A stretch of DNA of 64,000 nucleotides from an uncultured Bacilli bacterium. GTDB taxonomy: Bacteria > Bacillota_I > Bacilli_A > RF39 > UBA660. The notes under the pieces were generated by a model. The model had not been told where the DNA came from. It searched no databases and saw only the letters and a list, made by a program, of their open reading frames with translations. The position numbers and the translations under genes are program-made. Location of the stretch: contig CALVOZ010000002.1 in the NCBI GenBank assembly GCA_944350495.1, positions 147,479 through 211,478 of the forward strand. The letters run 5' to 3'. Of this stretch, positions 38,310 to 49,404 are shown piece by piece (position 1 is the stretch's first letter; every line of letters starts with the position of its first letter).

Positions 38310-39932
38310 ATGAACACAACTTATATTTTTGGACATAAAAATCCAGATACTGACAGTGTATGTAGTGCGATAGCTTTATCATATTTAAAAAATCAATTAG
38401 GAATGAAAACCGAACCACGTGTTTTAGGACACCTTAATAATGAAACTAAATATATCTTAGATTATTTTAAAATCGATGAACCAAAATATTTAAATGATGT
38501 TAAATTACAAATTAGAGATATTGATTATGGAAAAGGACATATGTGTAATTTAAATCAATCTCTATTTGAAGTCGTTTATTACTTAAAATATCATCACTTG
38601 AGCACTATCCCTGTTGTTAATGATAAGAAAAAATTCCAAGGGCTTCTTTCAATGAAGGATATTACTGCTGAATTGATAAATTGGGATGCGAATAAAATAG
38701 ATACTTCATATCAAAATATAATTAATACTATTCAGGGACAAGAAATATTAAAAATTGATGATGAAATTCAAGGTAACGTCTTAGTTGCTTCATATCGTAG
38801 TACTACATTTATCAATGATGTTGAATTAAAAAAAGACGATATTTTAATTTTAGGTGATAGACATAGTATTATTGAATACGCAGTTAATTTTGGTGTTAAA
38901 TTAATTATTATTACTGGCAATAATGAAATAAAAGAAAGTCACTTGGAGATTGCTAGAAAAAATAAAGTAAATATTATTAGAACAAATTTAAGAACATTTA
39001 ATGTTGTTAAAATTATTGGTATGTGCAACTATGCTAAAACATTAATGTATTCAGATAATATAGTATCTTTTCAAGAAACTGATTTTGTTAAAGATTTTAT
39101 CGAATCAGCCAATAAATTAAGATACAAAGTATTCCCTGTTTTAAATAATAAAAAGGAATGTTTAGGAGTAATTCAATTAAGTGATACAATTAATAAACAT
39201 AAAAAACAAGTTATTTTAGTTGATCATAACGAGAAAGAACAAAGTGCTGAAGGATTAGAAGAAGCTGAAATTGTTGAAATAGTTGACCACCATAAAATTG
39301 GTACAATAGGAACTAGAGAACCTATTAATTTTAGAAATATGCCAGTTGGTTGTACATCAAGTATTATTTATATGTTGTTTAAAGAAAATAGAATTTCAAT
39401 ACCTAAAAATATTGCTGGTATCATGTTAGGTAGTATTATTTCAGATACTTTATTATTTAGATCTCCTACAACTACTGAAACAGATAAAGAAATTGCTTAT
39501 AACTTATCAAATTTAGTAGAAATAGATATTGAAGATTTTGCACATGATATGTTTAAATATGGTTCTTCACTTAAAGATAAAACCGTTGAAGATATCTTAT
39601 TTACTGATTTTAAAACATTTAATTTAGATAATATTAAAATTGGAGTTGGCCAAATCAATACTGTTGATATTGAGGAATTAGATAACATGAAAGATGAATT
39701 AAACATTTTAATGGAAGATTTTGTTATTGAACAAAATTATAATTTAATTATGCTATTTGCTACTGATATTATTAGAGAAGGTTCATATGTTTACTATAAC
39801 GAGAAAGCTCGTGAAATTATTGAAAATGCATTTAATATGGAAAATCTATACCAAGGATGTTTTATTCCAGAAATTATTTCACGTAAGAAACAAATTATTC
39901 CAAATATTGTTAATGTATTAGAAGAGAAATAA
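38310..39932 (+). CDS. ppaC: Mn-dependent inorganic pyrophosphatase with CBS/DRTGG insert
   Basis: GHKNPDTDS, ILVDHN, VDHH, ISDTLLFRSPTTT, SRKKQ. Confidence 0.95.
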   Translation: MNTTYIFGHKNPDTDSVCSAIALSYLKNQLGMKTEPRVLGHLNNETKYILDYFKIDEPKYLNDVKLQIRDIDYGKGHMCNLNQSLFEVVYYLKYHHLSTIPVVNDKKKFQGLLSMKDITAELINWDANKIDTSYQNIINTIQGQEILKIDDEIQGNVLVASYRSTTFINDVELKKDDILILGDRHSIIEYAVNFGVKLIIITGNNEIKESHLEIARKNKVNIIRTNLRTFNVVKIIGMCNYAKTLMYSDNIVSFQETDFVKDFIESANKLRYKVFPVLNNKKECLGVIQLSDTINKHKKQVILVDHNEKEQSAEGLEEAEIVEIVDHHKIGTIGTREPINFRNMPVGCTSSIIYMLFKENRISIPKNIAGIMLGSIISDTLLFRSPTTTETDKEIAYNLSNLVEIDIEDFAHDMFKYGSSLKDKTVEDILFTDFKTFNLDNIKIGVGQINTVDIEELDNMKDELNILMEDFVIEQNYNLIMLFATDIIREGSYVYYNEKAREIIENAFNMENLYQGCFIPEIISRKKQIIPNIVNVLEEK

Positions 39933-39958
39933 AAAAAGATAGTTTAAAACTATCTTTT
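39931..39958. terminator. Bidirectional terminator
   Basis: AAAAGATAGTT-taa-AACTATCTTTT. Confidence 0.75.
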
Positions 39959-40463
39959 ATTTTTTTTCAAAACCATAATAAGATCCATTATTCATATTAG
40001 CAACATCTAAATAAGAATCATTTTTTAAAATAAAACCATACCAAGGCATTAACGAATTTTCGGGAATAGTTGTTTCACCATCTATTACTATTTTACTATA
40101 GTTCAAATTAAATACTACAAAGTCTTCAAGCAAATATTCATCTGAAACATCAATTATATTCAATATCTCTTCTCTTGTAACTCCATATTGTTTTAAATCA
40201 TTTGTTATAAAAGTTAAAGCTTCCTCTCCACGATAGAATTCAAATTGACCATAATAATAATTATCATCATGTGTACCTTCATGTTGATACCAGAAAAACT
40301 CGTCTTCACCAAAAACTAATTCTGAACCATCACTAACATTAATCCATGTAGTATTGACTATTTCATTTTTAGGAGATTTAGTTTTGTTTTCAAAATTTTC
40401 TCCTTCAGCACCACAGCCAACAAATATCAAGGTCATTAAAATTAACAATACAATTTTTTTCAT
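39957..40463 (-). CDS. Lipoprotein of unknown function
   Basis: Lipobox FVGC; RBS AGGAG. Confidence 0.75.
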   Translation of the reverse strand: MKKIVLLILMTLIFVGCGAEGENFENKTKSPKNEIVNTTWINVSDGSELVFGEDEFFWYQHEGTHDDNYYYGQFEFYRGEEALTFITNDLKQYGVTREEILNIIDVSDEYLLEDFVVFNLNYSKIVIDGETTIPENSLMPWYGFILKNDSYLDVANMNNGSYYGFEKK

Positions 40464-40505
40464 AGTTTTCTCCTTTCTATTTTTAGAATATCATAAAAAG
40501 AACAT

Positions 40506-43500
40506 TTACTGCTCTTTTATTGACCTTTTTAAAATCTCCAACATATCTAATAAATAATATATGTAATGTTTATCTAAAGTAACAATATCTAAAGTAATAA
40601 TTAATTCTTTATTTTTCATGCCAAATCTAAATTTTCTCGTTAGCGAACAAACCTCAAGAAATAGTTGATCACCACTAATTTTAGTTGTTATTTTTTGTGG
40701 TATATAAATAGCTATAGAATTTTTAGTTTGAATAATCTTATTAATCCCAATTTCTTTCGCACGATTCTCAAATAATTCTTCATGCATATAAATTAATATT
40801 TCCTCATCTAATGGTCCAAATCTATCCTCTAATTCATGTTTAATTGTCTCTAAATCTTCCATAGTTTTAATATTATTGATTTTCTGATGAATTTCAATTT
40901 TTAATTCTTCTTCAGTAACATAGTTATCGTCAATTGTCGTTGCAACTTCAAGTAATGGTTGCTCAGTTGTAGTCTCTTCTTCTGGCCTTTTTATTCCTTT
41001 CAATTTATCAACTTCATCTTTAAGCATTTTAAGGAATAATTCAACACCAATAGAATCAATAAATCCAGCTTGTTCACTTCCTAAAATATCACCAGCACCT
41101 CTTATTGATAAATCACGCATCGCAATAGAAAAACCACTACCCAATTCAGTAAATTCTTTAATGACATTTAAACGTTTCATTGCTACATCAGATAATTGTT
41201 TTCCCTTGTTATACATTAAATAGCAATATGCTATTTTATTACTTCTACCAACACGCCCTCTTATTTGATATAACTGCGACAACCCAAAGCAATCAGCATC
41301 AATAATAATTAAAGTATTAACACTTGGAATATCAATACCTGTTTCAATAATTGTCGTACATAATAAAACATCGTATTCGTGTTCCATAAATCTAATCATT
41401 ACATCTTCTAATTCTTTTTTATCCATTTTACCATGAGCACAAACAATATTAGCTTCTGGGACTAACGTTTGAATATGATGAGATTTAGCACTCATATCTT
41501 CAATGCTATTATATAAAATAAATATTTGACCATCACGAGCTAGTTCTTTATAAATTGCATCTTTAATTATTTTATCATTTTCTTCTAAAACGTAAGTTTG
41601 AATAGGATATCTATTAATTGGTGGTGTTTCTATTAGTGATAGACTTCTAATACCAGTCATTGACATTTGTAATGTTCTAGGAATTGGCGTTGCTGATAAA
41701 GTTAATACATCAATATTAGTTTTGTATTGTTTTATTTTTTCTTTATGTTTTACCCCAAATCTTTGCTCCTCATCAATTACTAATAATCCTAAATTTTTAA
41801 ATTCAATATCATCACTTAAAATACGATGAGTACCAATTAATAAATCTACTTTACCTTCCTTTAATCTTTCAATTATTTGTTTTTGTTTTTTTGGAGTAAC
41901 AAAGCGATTCATTAATTCTATTTCTACTGGAAAACTTTTAAATCTCTCTTTAGCATTATTAAAGTGTTGGGACGATAAAATTGTCGTTGGGCAAAGAAGT
42001 GCTACTTGTTTTCCAGACATAATAGCTTTAAATATAGCTCTAAAAGCTACTTCTGTTTTACCATATCCAACATCACCACAAAGTAAGCGATCCATTGGTG
42101 ATTTACTCTCCATGTCTTTTTTTATTTCTTCAATTACTCTTATTTGATCATCTGTTTCTTCATATATAAATTCTTTTTCAAATTGTAGTTGTTCTTCACC
42201 GTCTTTAGCAAACTTATATCCTTCAGCATTTTCTCTTTCCGCATATAATTTTAATAATTCACCAGCAATATTTTCTAACTTATTTTTTACTCTTAATTTA
42301 GTCTTTTGCCACTCAATTCCTCCTAATTTATTTAACTTAGGAATTGATCCATCAGAAGAAGAATATTTTGTAATTAACTCAAGTTTTTCAACTGGAATAT
42401 ATAATTTATCTCCACCTTTATACTCCAACATTAAATAGTCTTTTTTTAAGCCATTTTTTTCTAGAGTTTTGATTCCACAGTACCTTCCAATACCGTGAAC
42501 ATTGTGAACAATATAATCACCAATTTCAAGTTTATTAATATTACGGACTTTGCTACCTATTTTAAAATTAGTTTTATATAGAGTTTGAATATCTCTTTTA
42601 TTAAATATTTCTTTTTCACTAATAATAATATTTTTATTTATAATATAACCTTCAGTTAATGGTTTAACTATTAAATTTATCTTATCATTAAAGATATTAT
42701 TATTATCAGTAAATACGAGATTATTATTATCTAAATCTTTAATTAATTTTGTTGCGCGATATTGAGTATTTACGCAAATAATTACACAGTATTTATCTTT
42801 TAAATAGTCATTTAATCTTTTGTTTATATCAGCTATACTTCCTGTAAAATTTTCTATTTCAGTTGATGTATATCGTGAAACATCTTTTATTCCATCTACT
42901 AAATTATCAAAATTCATAAAATAGATTATTTTATTTTTTATACTTAATGATAAATCATTCATAAATTTGGTCTTAGGATTAATATTGATAGATTCAGCAT
43001 ATTCACTCATCTCATCAATTAATAAATTGTAATTAGCTAAAATACCATTGTAATCATCAAAGAAGACAGTACCACTGCCTATATAATCTAATAAACTATA
43101 AGGTTTTATATAGTTAATAATTTCTCTTTGCTTTGCTTTTGATGGAATAATTTGACCAATTAAAAATTCTGTCGCAGGAGTTATCTCAATTTTATCTAAT
43201 TTTTCGATTGTTAACTGACTATCAATATCAAATGCTCTAATACTATCAATTGTATCCCCCCAAAATTCAATTCTAACCGGCTTTTTTTGGCCAATCGGAA
43301 AAATATCTAATACATATCCTCTAATAGCCATTTCGCCCGTCTTATTGACTAATGCATCCCTTAAATAGCCAATATTGAATAAATTATTAACTAACTTATC
43401 CATTTCATAATTTTCACCCACCGATAGTGATACTAAACTTTTTTGATAAATCTCTTTACTAGGTAAAAATCTTAAATAACCCATCAAATTAGTAACAATA

Positions 43501-43787
43501 ATTTTTTTATTTTCAACTATTTCCTTTAAAGTTTCTAACCTAGTAATCATTAATTCTGGAGAAATTGCTAAAGCCTCACTAGTTAAAAAATCATCCATTG
43601 GGAAAAATACAACATCTTTAGTATAATTTAAAATTCTTTGATAATATCTATTTGCTTCATATAAAGAAGAACAAACAAATATAACTGATTCTTTTTTTTC
43701 TATAAAATATTCATAAGTATATTTAGATCTTAATTCTGGTGTTAAACCAATAATTCCGCTGTTATCTATATTTTCAAATATATTCAT
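40506..43787 (-). CDS. mfd: Transcription-repair coupling factor
   Basis: VHNVHGIG, GDVGYGKT, DEEQRFG, SATPIPRT, QIRGRVGR; start refined. Confidence 0.97.
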   Translation of the reverse strand: MNIFENIDNSGIIGLTPELRSKYTYEYFIEKKESVIFVCSSLYEANRYYQRILNYTKDVVFFPMDDFLTSEALAISPELMITRLETLKEIVENKKIIVTNLMGYLRFLPSKEIYQKSLVSLSVGENYEMDKLVNNLFNIGYLRDALVNKTGEMAIRGYVLDIFPIGQKKPVRIEFWGDTIDSIRAFDIDSQLTIEKLDKIEITPATEFLIGQIIPSKAKQREIINYIKPYSLLDYIGSGTVFFDDYNGILANYNLLIDEMSEYAESININPKTKFMNDLSLSIKNKIIYFMNFDNLVDGIKDVSRYTSTEIENFTGSIADINKRLNDYLKDKYCVIICVNTQYRATKLIKDLDNNNLVFTDNNNIFNDKINLIVKPLTEGYIINKNIIISEKEIFNKRDIQTLYKTNFKIGSKVRNINKLEIGDYIVHNVHGIGRYCGIKTLEKNGLKKDYLMLEYKGGDKLYIPVEKLELITKYSSSDGSIPKLNKLGGIEWQKTKLRVKNKLENIAGELLKLYAERENAEGYKFAKDGEEQLQFEKEFIYEETDDQIRVIEEIKKDMESKSPMDRLLCGDVGYGKTEVAFRAIFKAIMSGKQVALLCPTTILSSQHFNNAKERFKSFPVEIELMNRFVTPKKQKQIIERLKEGKVDLLIGTHRILSDDIEFKNLGLLVIDEEQRFGVKHKEKIKQYKTNIDVLTLSATPIPRTLQMSMTGIRSLSLIETPPINRYPIQTYVLEENDKIIKDAIYKELARDGQIFILYNSIEDMSAKSHHIQTLVPEANIVCAHGKMDKKELEDVMIRFMEHEYDVLLCTTIIETGIDIPSVNTLIIIDADCFGLSQLYQIRGRVGRSNKIAYCYLMYNKGKQLSDVAMKRLNVIKEFTELGSGFSIAMRDLSIRGAGDILGSEQAGFIDSIGVELFLKMLKDEVDKLKGIKRPEEETTTEQPLLEVATTIDDNYVTEEELKIEIHQKINNIKTMEDLETIKHELEDRFGPLDEEILIYMHEELFENRAKEIGINKIIQTKNSIAIYIPQKITTKISGDQLFLEVCSLTRKFRFGMKNKELIITLDIVTLDKHYIYYLLDMLEILKRSIKEQ

Positions 43788-43828
43788 AAATCCTCCTTTA
43801 CACGACAAAAATGATACAAAGTATCATT

Positions 43829-44668
43829 CTAATTACTTAATGTTTTTCTTGAAATATTAACATCTTCAGTTGTAGTATATGTCTTCATCAATTCATCCAT
43901 ATATTCTTTTTCAAATTCTGATAATTCATATAAAACTACCTCATTTGAAGGACCTAAAACGCCTTTTCTTTCATACCTTCTAAAATTAGGTTCTTTAGGT
44001 ATTGCATAAGTTTCACGTTCAAATTGGTAATTTCTATCCCAATCATATGAACTTCTTCCATCCTCTTGAACTGGTTCTGGAATAAAACACCCATCATATT
44101 GAGGCTTTATTTCTAAAGCAGCCATAACTGTTTTAGCATACGGAATTAAATCCTGTTCTCTAATACCGTATAAAATATCTGCTTTTTCTTCACTTACTTC
44201 ATCAATTTGTGAACATGCAAACATTATAATATGCTCACCATGACCTAATTTAGCATGTCTACCATCACCTAAACCTCGATATTCATATGCCAAGCGTTTA
44301 AATCTTTCAGGTGTAATACCAAGTTTTTCTTTATCTTCATCGCTCAATCTTAATTTAGGCATAATAACTCTAATAGAAAACTCTTTAGAATTTTTAGGTT
44401 TTGAATAAATTAAATTAGCTCTTTTACGACTACCATATTCTAAAGCTTCCCTAATTCTTTCTGTTCTTTCAACAAATGACATTTCTCGTTTAATGGTAAA
44501 TTCATCAATTGGCATTCTAGTCCATGATTTTTTTAAAAATTCTTTCATTTGAATAGCTTCTGCTTGATATGAAGTTGAATGATGAAAATATGTATATTGA
44601 GTAGGAATAATAATTGCATCAAGGCTTCTTAAATAATTTATTGCTTCTTCTAAAGTTTCTATTGTCAT
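43829..44668 (-). CDS. Hypothetical protein, 279 aa, between pth and mfd
   Basis: RBS AGGAGG; 8 bp downstream of pth; YFHHSTS motif. Confidence 0.8.
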   Translation of the reverse strand: MTIETLEEAINYLRSLDAIIIPTQYTYFHHSTSYQAEAIQMKEFLKKSWTRMPIDEFTIKREMSFVERTERIREALEYGSRKRANLIYSKPKNSKEFSIRVIMPKLRLSDEDKEKLGITPERFKRLAYEYRGLGDGRHAKLGHGEHIIMFACSQIDEVSEEKADILYGIREQDLIPYAKTVMAALEIKPQYDGCFIPEPVQEDGRSSYDWDRNYQFERETYAIPKEPNFRRYERKGVLGPSNEVVLYELSEFEKEYMDELMKTYTTTEDVNISRKTLSN

Positions 44669-44676
44669 AAATCCTC

Positions 44677-45231
44677 CTAATTGTATTTATTCATTAAATT
44701 ATCAAAAGATATTATTAAATAATCTTCAATAATACTTGGTATTTTACTAATAATTGGTTGTAATAATTCTTTTTCTTCTTTAGTAAATTTACCCAAAACA
44801 TAATCTTTAGTATCAATTAGTTTATTATTTGAAATACCTACTTTAATTCTTTTATATTCTTTAGTGTTTAAGTTTTGTTCTATGTTTTTTAAACCGTTAT
44901 GACCTCCACTAGACCCTTTATATCTTAATCTATAAGTGCCAACATTTGTATCTAAATCATCACAAATAATTAATACATCATCAATATTGATTTTAAAGAA
45001 ACTAACAAAATCTCTTATTACTTCACCCGATAAATTCATATACTTACCAGGTTTTAAAAGGATGATCCTTTCATTATTATAATTGAATTGAGTATATGAA
45101 CCATTAAATTTTTTACTATTAAAATTAACGCAAAAATGTTTTGCAATCTCATCAATACACATAAATCCAATATTATGTCTTGTATTTTCATATTCTTTTC
45201 CAGGATTACCTAATCCAACTATTAATTTCAT
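44677..45231 (-). CDS. pth: Peptidyl-tRNA hydrolase
   Basis: LIVGLGNPG, TRHNIGF, YMNLSG, GGHNG. Confidence 0.97.
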   Translation of the reverse strand: MKLIVGLGNPGKEYENTRHNIGFMCIDEIAKHFCVNFNSKKFNGSYTQFNYNNERIILLKPGKYMNLSGEVIRDFVSFFKINIDDVLIICDDLDTNVGTYRLRYKGSSGGHNGLKNIEQNLNTKEYKRIKVGISNNKLIDTKDYVLGKFTKEEKELLQPIISKIPSIIEDYLIISFDNLMNKYN

Positions 45232-45232
45232 A

Positions 45233-46084
45233 TTACTCACCTTCTTCACTTTTTAAATATTGACTATATACTTCACTTTTCTTTAAACCACGCTCTTTAG
45301 ATACAGCCTTAATAGCATCCATTTTATTCATACCACTGTTAATATAAATATTTATATGACTTATTAAGTCTATACTAGAAAAATCTTCTATTTCTGTATT
45401 TCCTTCGACTACCAACACCATTTCACCTTTATATTCATTGTTTTGAGCAATTATTTCTTCAATTGTTCCACGATAAACTTCCTCATATTTTTTAGTTATT
45501 TCCCGGGAAATACTCATTTTACGATTACCACCAAATACTTCTTTTAATGATTCTAATGTTTCTTTAATACGATGAGGTGCTTCGTAAAAAATCATGGTTG
45601 GTTTACTTAATTTTAATTCTTCTAATTCTTTCTTTTTTTTAGATTTTTTGCTATTTAAAAAACCATAAAAAGTAAAAGGCATTGGTGCTATACCAGACAT
45701 AATAAGTGCCGGAATTAAAGCTGTGGCACCGGGTAAACCTACAACATTATATCCCATATTAATAACATAACGTGCTAATTCAAACCCTGGATCACTAATA
45801 ACAGGAGTTCCTCTATCACTTACTAATCCAACATTTTTTCTACTACTTAAATATTCAATAATTTTATCTTTATTAGTAGCTTCATTGTGTTCATGATTTG
45901 CAATTAACTTCTTTTTAATATTTAAAGCGGATAATAATTTACCAGTCTCTCTAGTATCTTCACAAAAAATAACGTCAACTTCACTTAGAATTTTAACCGT
46001 ACGATAAGTTAAATCATCCATATTACCAATAGGTGTTGGAATTAAATATAAAGTTGGGCTTTCATCATAACTCTTTTGACTCAT
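45233..46084 (-). CDS. rsmI: 16S rRNA C1402 2'-O-methyltransferase
   Basis: PTPIGN, CEDTR, GTPVISDPG, YEAPHR, REITKKYEE. Confidence 0.95.
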   Translation of the reverse strand: MSQKSYDESPTLYLIPTPIGNMDDLTYRTVKILSEVDVIFCEDTRETGKLLSALNIKKKLIANHEHNEATNKDKIIEYLSSRKNVGLVSDRGTPVISDPGFELARYVINMGYNVVGLPGATALIPALIMSGIAPMPFTFYGFLNSKKSKKKKELEELKLSKPTMIFYEAPHRIKETLESLKEVFGGNRKMSISREITKKYEEVYRGTIEEIIAQNNEYKGEMVLVVEGNTEIEDFSSIDLISHINIYINSGMNKMDAIKAVSKERGLKKSEVYSQYLKSEEGE

Positions 46085-46092
46085 AATTCACC

Positions 46093-46818
46093 TCAGTTTT
46101 CTTCAAAGAAAACCTTAATTTGATCAGTATATTCCCCATTTTCATTATGTGAATATAAAGGATTACATACTTTCAATCCTGGTTTTCCATTTTTTCTACC
46201 TTCAATTAAAAGAATATTAGCTTCCTCATTTGTTCTAGGATAAACAAATTGAATTCTCTTAGGCTCAATATTATATTTTTTCATTGTTTCTAATATTTCT
46301 AACATTCTTTCTGGACGATGTACCATACCAAAAACACCATTATTATCTAATAATCTTGACGATATTTTTATTAATTCATCTAAATTAAGACAGACTTCAT
46401 GTCGAGCAATAGTTTTATAATCATTTTTGTTAATATTAGAACTTTCTGTATACTTAAAAAATGGTGGATTACATGTTATTATTTGATAACTACAGTTATT
46501 CCATTTTTTTTCTACTTCTTTAATATCACCATTTATTATTTTTATTTGGCCTTCTTTATTATTTATTTTTATTGATTCACACGCTAAAGCGTAGACATCC
46601 TTTTGAATCTCTACACCTGTTATTTTAGCTTTTGTCTTCGTAGATAATATTAATGGTATAGGCGCATTACCACTACCTATATCAAGAATGTTTTTAGTAT
46701 TTTTAGGAATTGTAATAAAATTAGGTAATAACACTGAATCTAATGAAAAGTTAAACATCTCACTATCTTGAATAATATATAAATCTTTATATCCCAATAA
46801 ATAATTAGTTACTTTCAT
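46093..46818 (-). CDS. tRNA1(Val) A37 N6-methyltransferase (YabB-like)
   Basis: FSLDSVLL, LDIGSGNA, CNPPFF, IARHE, VHRPER. Confidence 0.9.
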   Translation of the reverse strand: MKVTNYLLGYKDLYIIQDSEMFNFSLDSVLLPNFITIPKNTKNILDIGSGNAPIPLILSTKTKAKITGVEIQKDVYALACESIKINNKEGQIKIINGDIKEVEKKWNNCSYQIITCNPPFFKYTESSNINKNDYKTIARHEVCLNLDELIKISSRLLDNNGVFGMVHRPERMLEILETMKKYNIEPKRIQFVYPRTNEEANILLIEGRKNGKPGLKVCNPLYSHNENGEYTDQIKVFFEEN

Positions 46819-47602
46819 TTTCTTCCTTGTTAAATTCTACAATACCAACATTTGGAATATCGACACGATATGTACCTTTTAAAATATCAATATTTAAAAC
46901 TTTTCCTTCACCCTTTTCAGTCTTAATCTTTTTTCCTACTTTAGGCATTCCTTGGCGGCACTCTTTATAGCACTCATCTTCATATTTTAAACAACAAAGC
47001 AATCTACCACAAACACCATTAATTTTAGTCGGATTTAAGGCAATATTTTGATTCTTGGCCATATTAATAGAAACTGAATCAAAATCAGACATAAATTTAG
47101 CGCAACAAAGGGTTCTTCCACATTGGCCATATCCTCCTATTTCTTTAGCCTTATCTCTAACCCCTATTTGTCTTAACTCTATACGTGTTTTATAAATATT
47201 AGCTAAATCTTTGGCTAAATTTCTAAAATCAACACGTTCATCAGCCATAAAACGAATATATAATTGTTTTCGATCAAAGGTAAAACTTGCATCGATAACA
47301 TACATATTTAGTTTATTTTTTTCAATTAACTCACGACATTTAATAACAGCCTCTTGCGCCTTTTTCTTATTTTCCTCACATTTTTCAAGGTCTTTATTAG
47401 TTGCTTTTTTTACAATCTTACTCAACGGACTTTTTAAGTCTTCTTCATCTATTTCATAAACATTTGTTCTTATAATTCCAATTTGAGTACCTCTTTCAGT
47501 TTCAACTATTACTTTTTCTCCAACTTCAAAAGTTTGATCATTAGGAGAAAAATGATAAACTTTTCCATTTTCTTTAAAAGAAACTCCAATTACTTTTATC
47601 AT
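46805..47602 (-). CDS. ricT: RicT/YaaT (PSP1 domain)
   Basis: RVDFRNL, RIELRQIGVRD, GQCGRTLCC, GVCGRLLCCLKYE. Confidence 0.93.
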   Translation of the reverse strand: MIKVIGVSFKENGKVYHFSPNDQTFEVGEKVIVETERGTQIGIIRTNVYEIDEEDLKSPLSKIVKKATNKDLEKCEENKKKAQEAVIKCRELIEKNKLNMYVIDASFTFDRKQLYIRFMADERVDFRNLAKDLANIYKTRIELRQIGVRDKAKEIGGYGQCGRTLCCAKFMSDFDSVSINMAKNQNIALNPTKINGVCGRLLCCLKYEDECYKECRQGMPKVGKKIKTEKGEGKVLNIDILKGTYRVDIPNVGIVEFNKEENESN

Positions 47603-47603
47603 T

Positions 47604-48563
47604 TTATCCCTCCACTAATTTTATAACTAATTTATCTAATAACATTGTATTGTTAACATTAAACTTTATTTTTTCACTTAAATCAACTAATATTTCAATG
47701 TTTTTACACAATTTTAAAATATTTATTGAATCAGCTAATATTGAAATATCTTTCTCATATTGAAAAAAATATTCCAAAGGTCTTTTTAATTTATAATTTA
47801 AGATGTCCTTATAATATAATATCATCCAATTAAATGCAAATTCCAGTTGTTTCTTATCATTAAATAGTTCCAATAATGGTTTGTTTTTATAAATAATAGC
47901 TTTGTTTTTGTGTTTTTCAATGTAATTAATATATTCAACTATTGCATCTATTTTAGTGCTAGAACATTCATCATTTAAAAAATTATTAATATCTTCGTTG
48001 TTATTATAAGTATGGTAAGCTAACAAAGATTTTGTGTCTTTATTTTTTATTTTATCTTGTGGTCTAATTAAAGACAATAATTGACATCTAGACTTAATAG
48101 TTCCAAGTACCTGATAAATATTCTCAGTTGTTAAAATTGCAATTATTCCTTCTGATGGTTCCTCAAGAAACTTTAAAATTGAATTAGCAGAAGCATTATT
48201 CAACTTTTCAGCACCTTTTATAATATAAACTTTCTTATTACCTATTAAGGCTTTTTTACTAAACTCTTTTTGAAGTTCTTCTAATTGTTCTTTCTTAATC
48301 CATTGTCCTTCTGGTTCGATAATTTTTAATTCAATAAAATTGTTAGAATCAATAGCTTCACATTGACCACAATCACCGCATAATTTACTATTTGTATATT
48401 TATTGGGACATAACAGATATTTAGCAAATGCTAAAACAAAATCTGTACCTTTTTGATATCCATTAAATTCAATTAAATAAGCATGACTTATTTTATTTTT
48501 ATTAATAGAATTATAAAGTAATTTATAAATTATTGGTTGTTCACTTTTAAATTCGTCAAGCAT
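47604..48563 (-). CDS. holB: DNA polymerase III delta' subunit
   Basis: SHAYL, zinc cysteines, ANSILKFLEEP, TIKSRCQ. Confidence 0.93.
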   Translation of the reverse strand: MLDEFKSEQPIIYKLLYNSINKNKISHAYLIEFNGYQKGTDFVLAFAKYLLCPNKYTNSKLCGDCGQCEAIDSNNFIELKIIEPEGQWIKKEQLEELQKEFSKKALIGNKKVYIIKGAEKLNNASANSILKFLEEPSEGIIAILTTENIYQVLGTIKSRCQLLSLIRPQDKIKNKDTKSLLAYHTYNNNEDINNFLNDECSSTKIDAIVEYINYIEKHKNKAIIYKNKPLLELFNDKKQLEFAFNWMILYYKDILNYKLKRPLEYFFQYEKDISILADSINILKLCKNIEILVDLSEKIKFNVNNTMLLDKLVIKLVEG

Positions 48564-48572
48564 ACTAACCTC

Positions 48573-48758
48573 CTAATAAATAAAAATTAACATTAAAATT
48601 AGTGAAATTAATGCGGGTATCCCTAATATCGAAACAGCTAATACAGTAACAATATTAATAGGAATAATTAAGTTTAATGGTTGTGATAATAAATTATATC
48701 CATATATCAAAAAAGAACTAATAATGATTTTTTTAAGTAATTTAAAAATATTAGTCAT
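48573..48758 (-). CDS. bofA: Pro-sigma-K processing inhibitor BofA family
   Basis: IPINIVTVLAVSILGIPAL motif; downstream of recR as in Bacillus; start refined. Confidence 0.8.
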   Translation of the reverse strand: MTNIFKLLKKIIISSFLIYGYNLLSQPLNLIIPINIVTVLAVSILGIPALISLILMLIFIY

Positions 48759-48795
48759 AGTATCACCTATAACAAAATATTCTTGTTTTATTAAA

Positions 48796-49404
48796 TTAAT
48801 CACCATTAGATATTTTTTTACGATTTTCTAATGCTAACTCTAATGTTAATGAGTCGACATAGTCAATATCTGCTCCCAGTGGTACTCCATGCGCAATTTT
48901 TGAAACAATAACATCTGTATTTTGCAACATTTTAGAAATATATAATGAGGTAGTTTCTCCTTCAACACTTGGTTTTACAGCCAAAATGATCTCTTTAATA
49001 TTTTCTTTTTTTATTCGTTCTAATAATTGTGGAATATTGATATCTTCAGGATTAATACCTTCTAATGGCGAAATTAAGCCATTAATAACATGGTATTTTC
49101 CATTAAATGTCCCTATTTTTTCAAACATCATAATATTTTTGGGGTCTTCAACAACACACAAAACGTCCTGATCACGTGAATCATCCTTGCATATTTCACA
49201 AATATCATCTTCTGTATAATTATTACAAATTGAGCATTTTTTTATTTTTGTTTTAACATCATATAATGATTTTGAAAAAACATCAACGACTTCTTGATCC
49301 ATCTTTAGAGTTGATAAAGCTAATCTTTCAGCTGTTTTCTCACCAATTCCAGGAAGTTTTTGAAAACATTCAATTAAATTTTGCAATGTTCTTGGGTATT
49401 TCAT
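48796..49404 (-). CDS. recR: Recombination mediator RecR
   Basis: LPGIGEKTAERLA, C4 zinc finger, VEGETT, IAHGVPLG. Confidence 0.97.
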   Translation of the reverse strand: MKYPRTLQNLIECFQKLPGIGEKTAERLALSTLKMDQEVVDVFSKSLYDVKTKIKKCSICNNYTEDDICEICKDDSRDQDVLCVVEDPKNIMMFEKIGTFNGKYHVINGLISPLEGINPEDINIPQLLERIKKENIKEIILAVKPSVEGETTSLYISKMLQNTDVIVSKIAHGVPLGADIDYVDSLTLELALENRKKISNGD

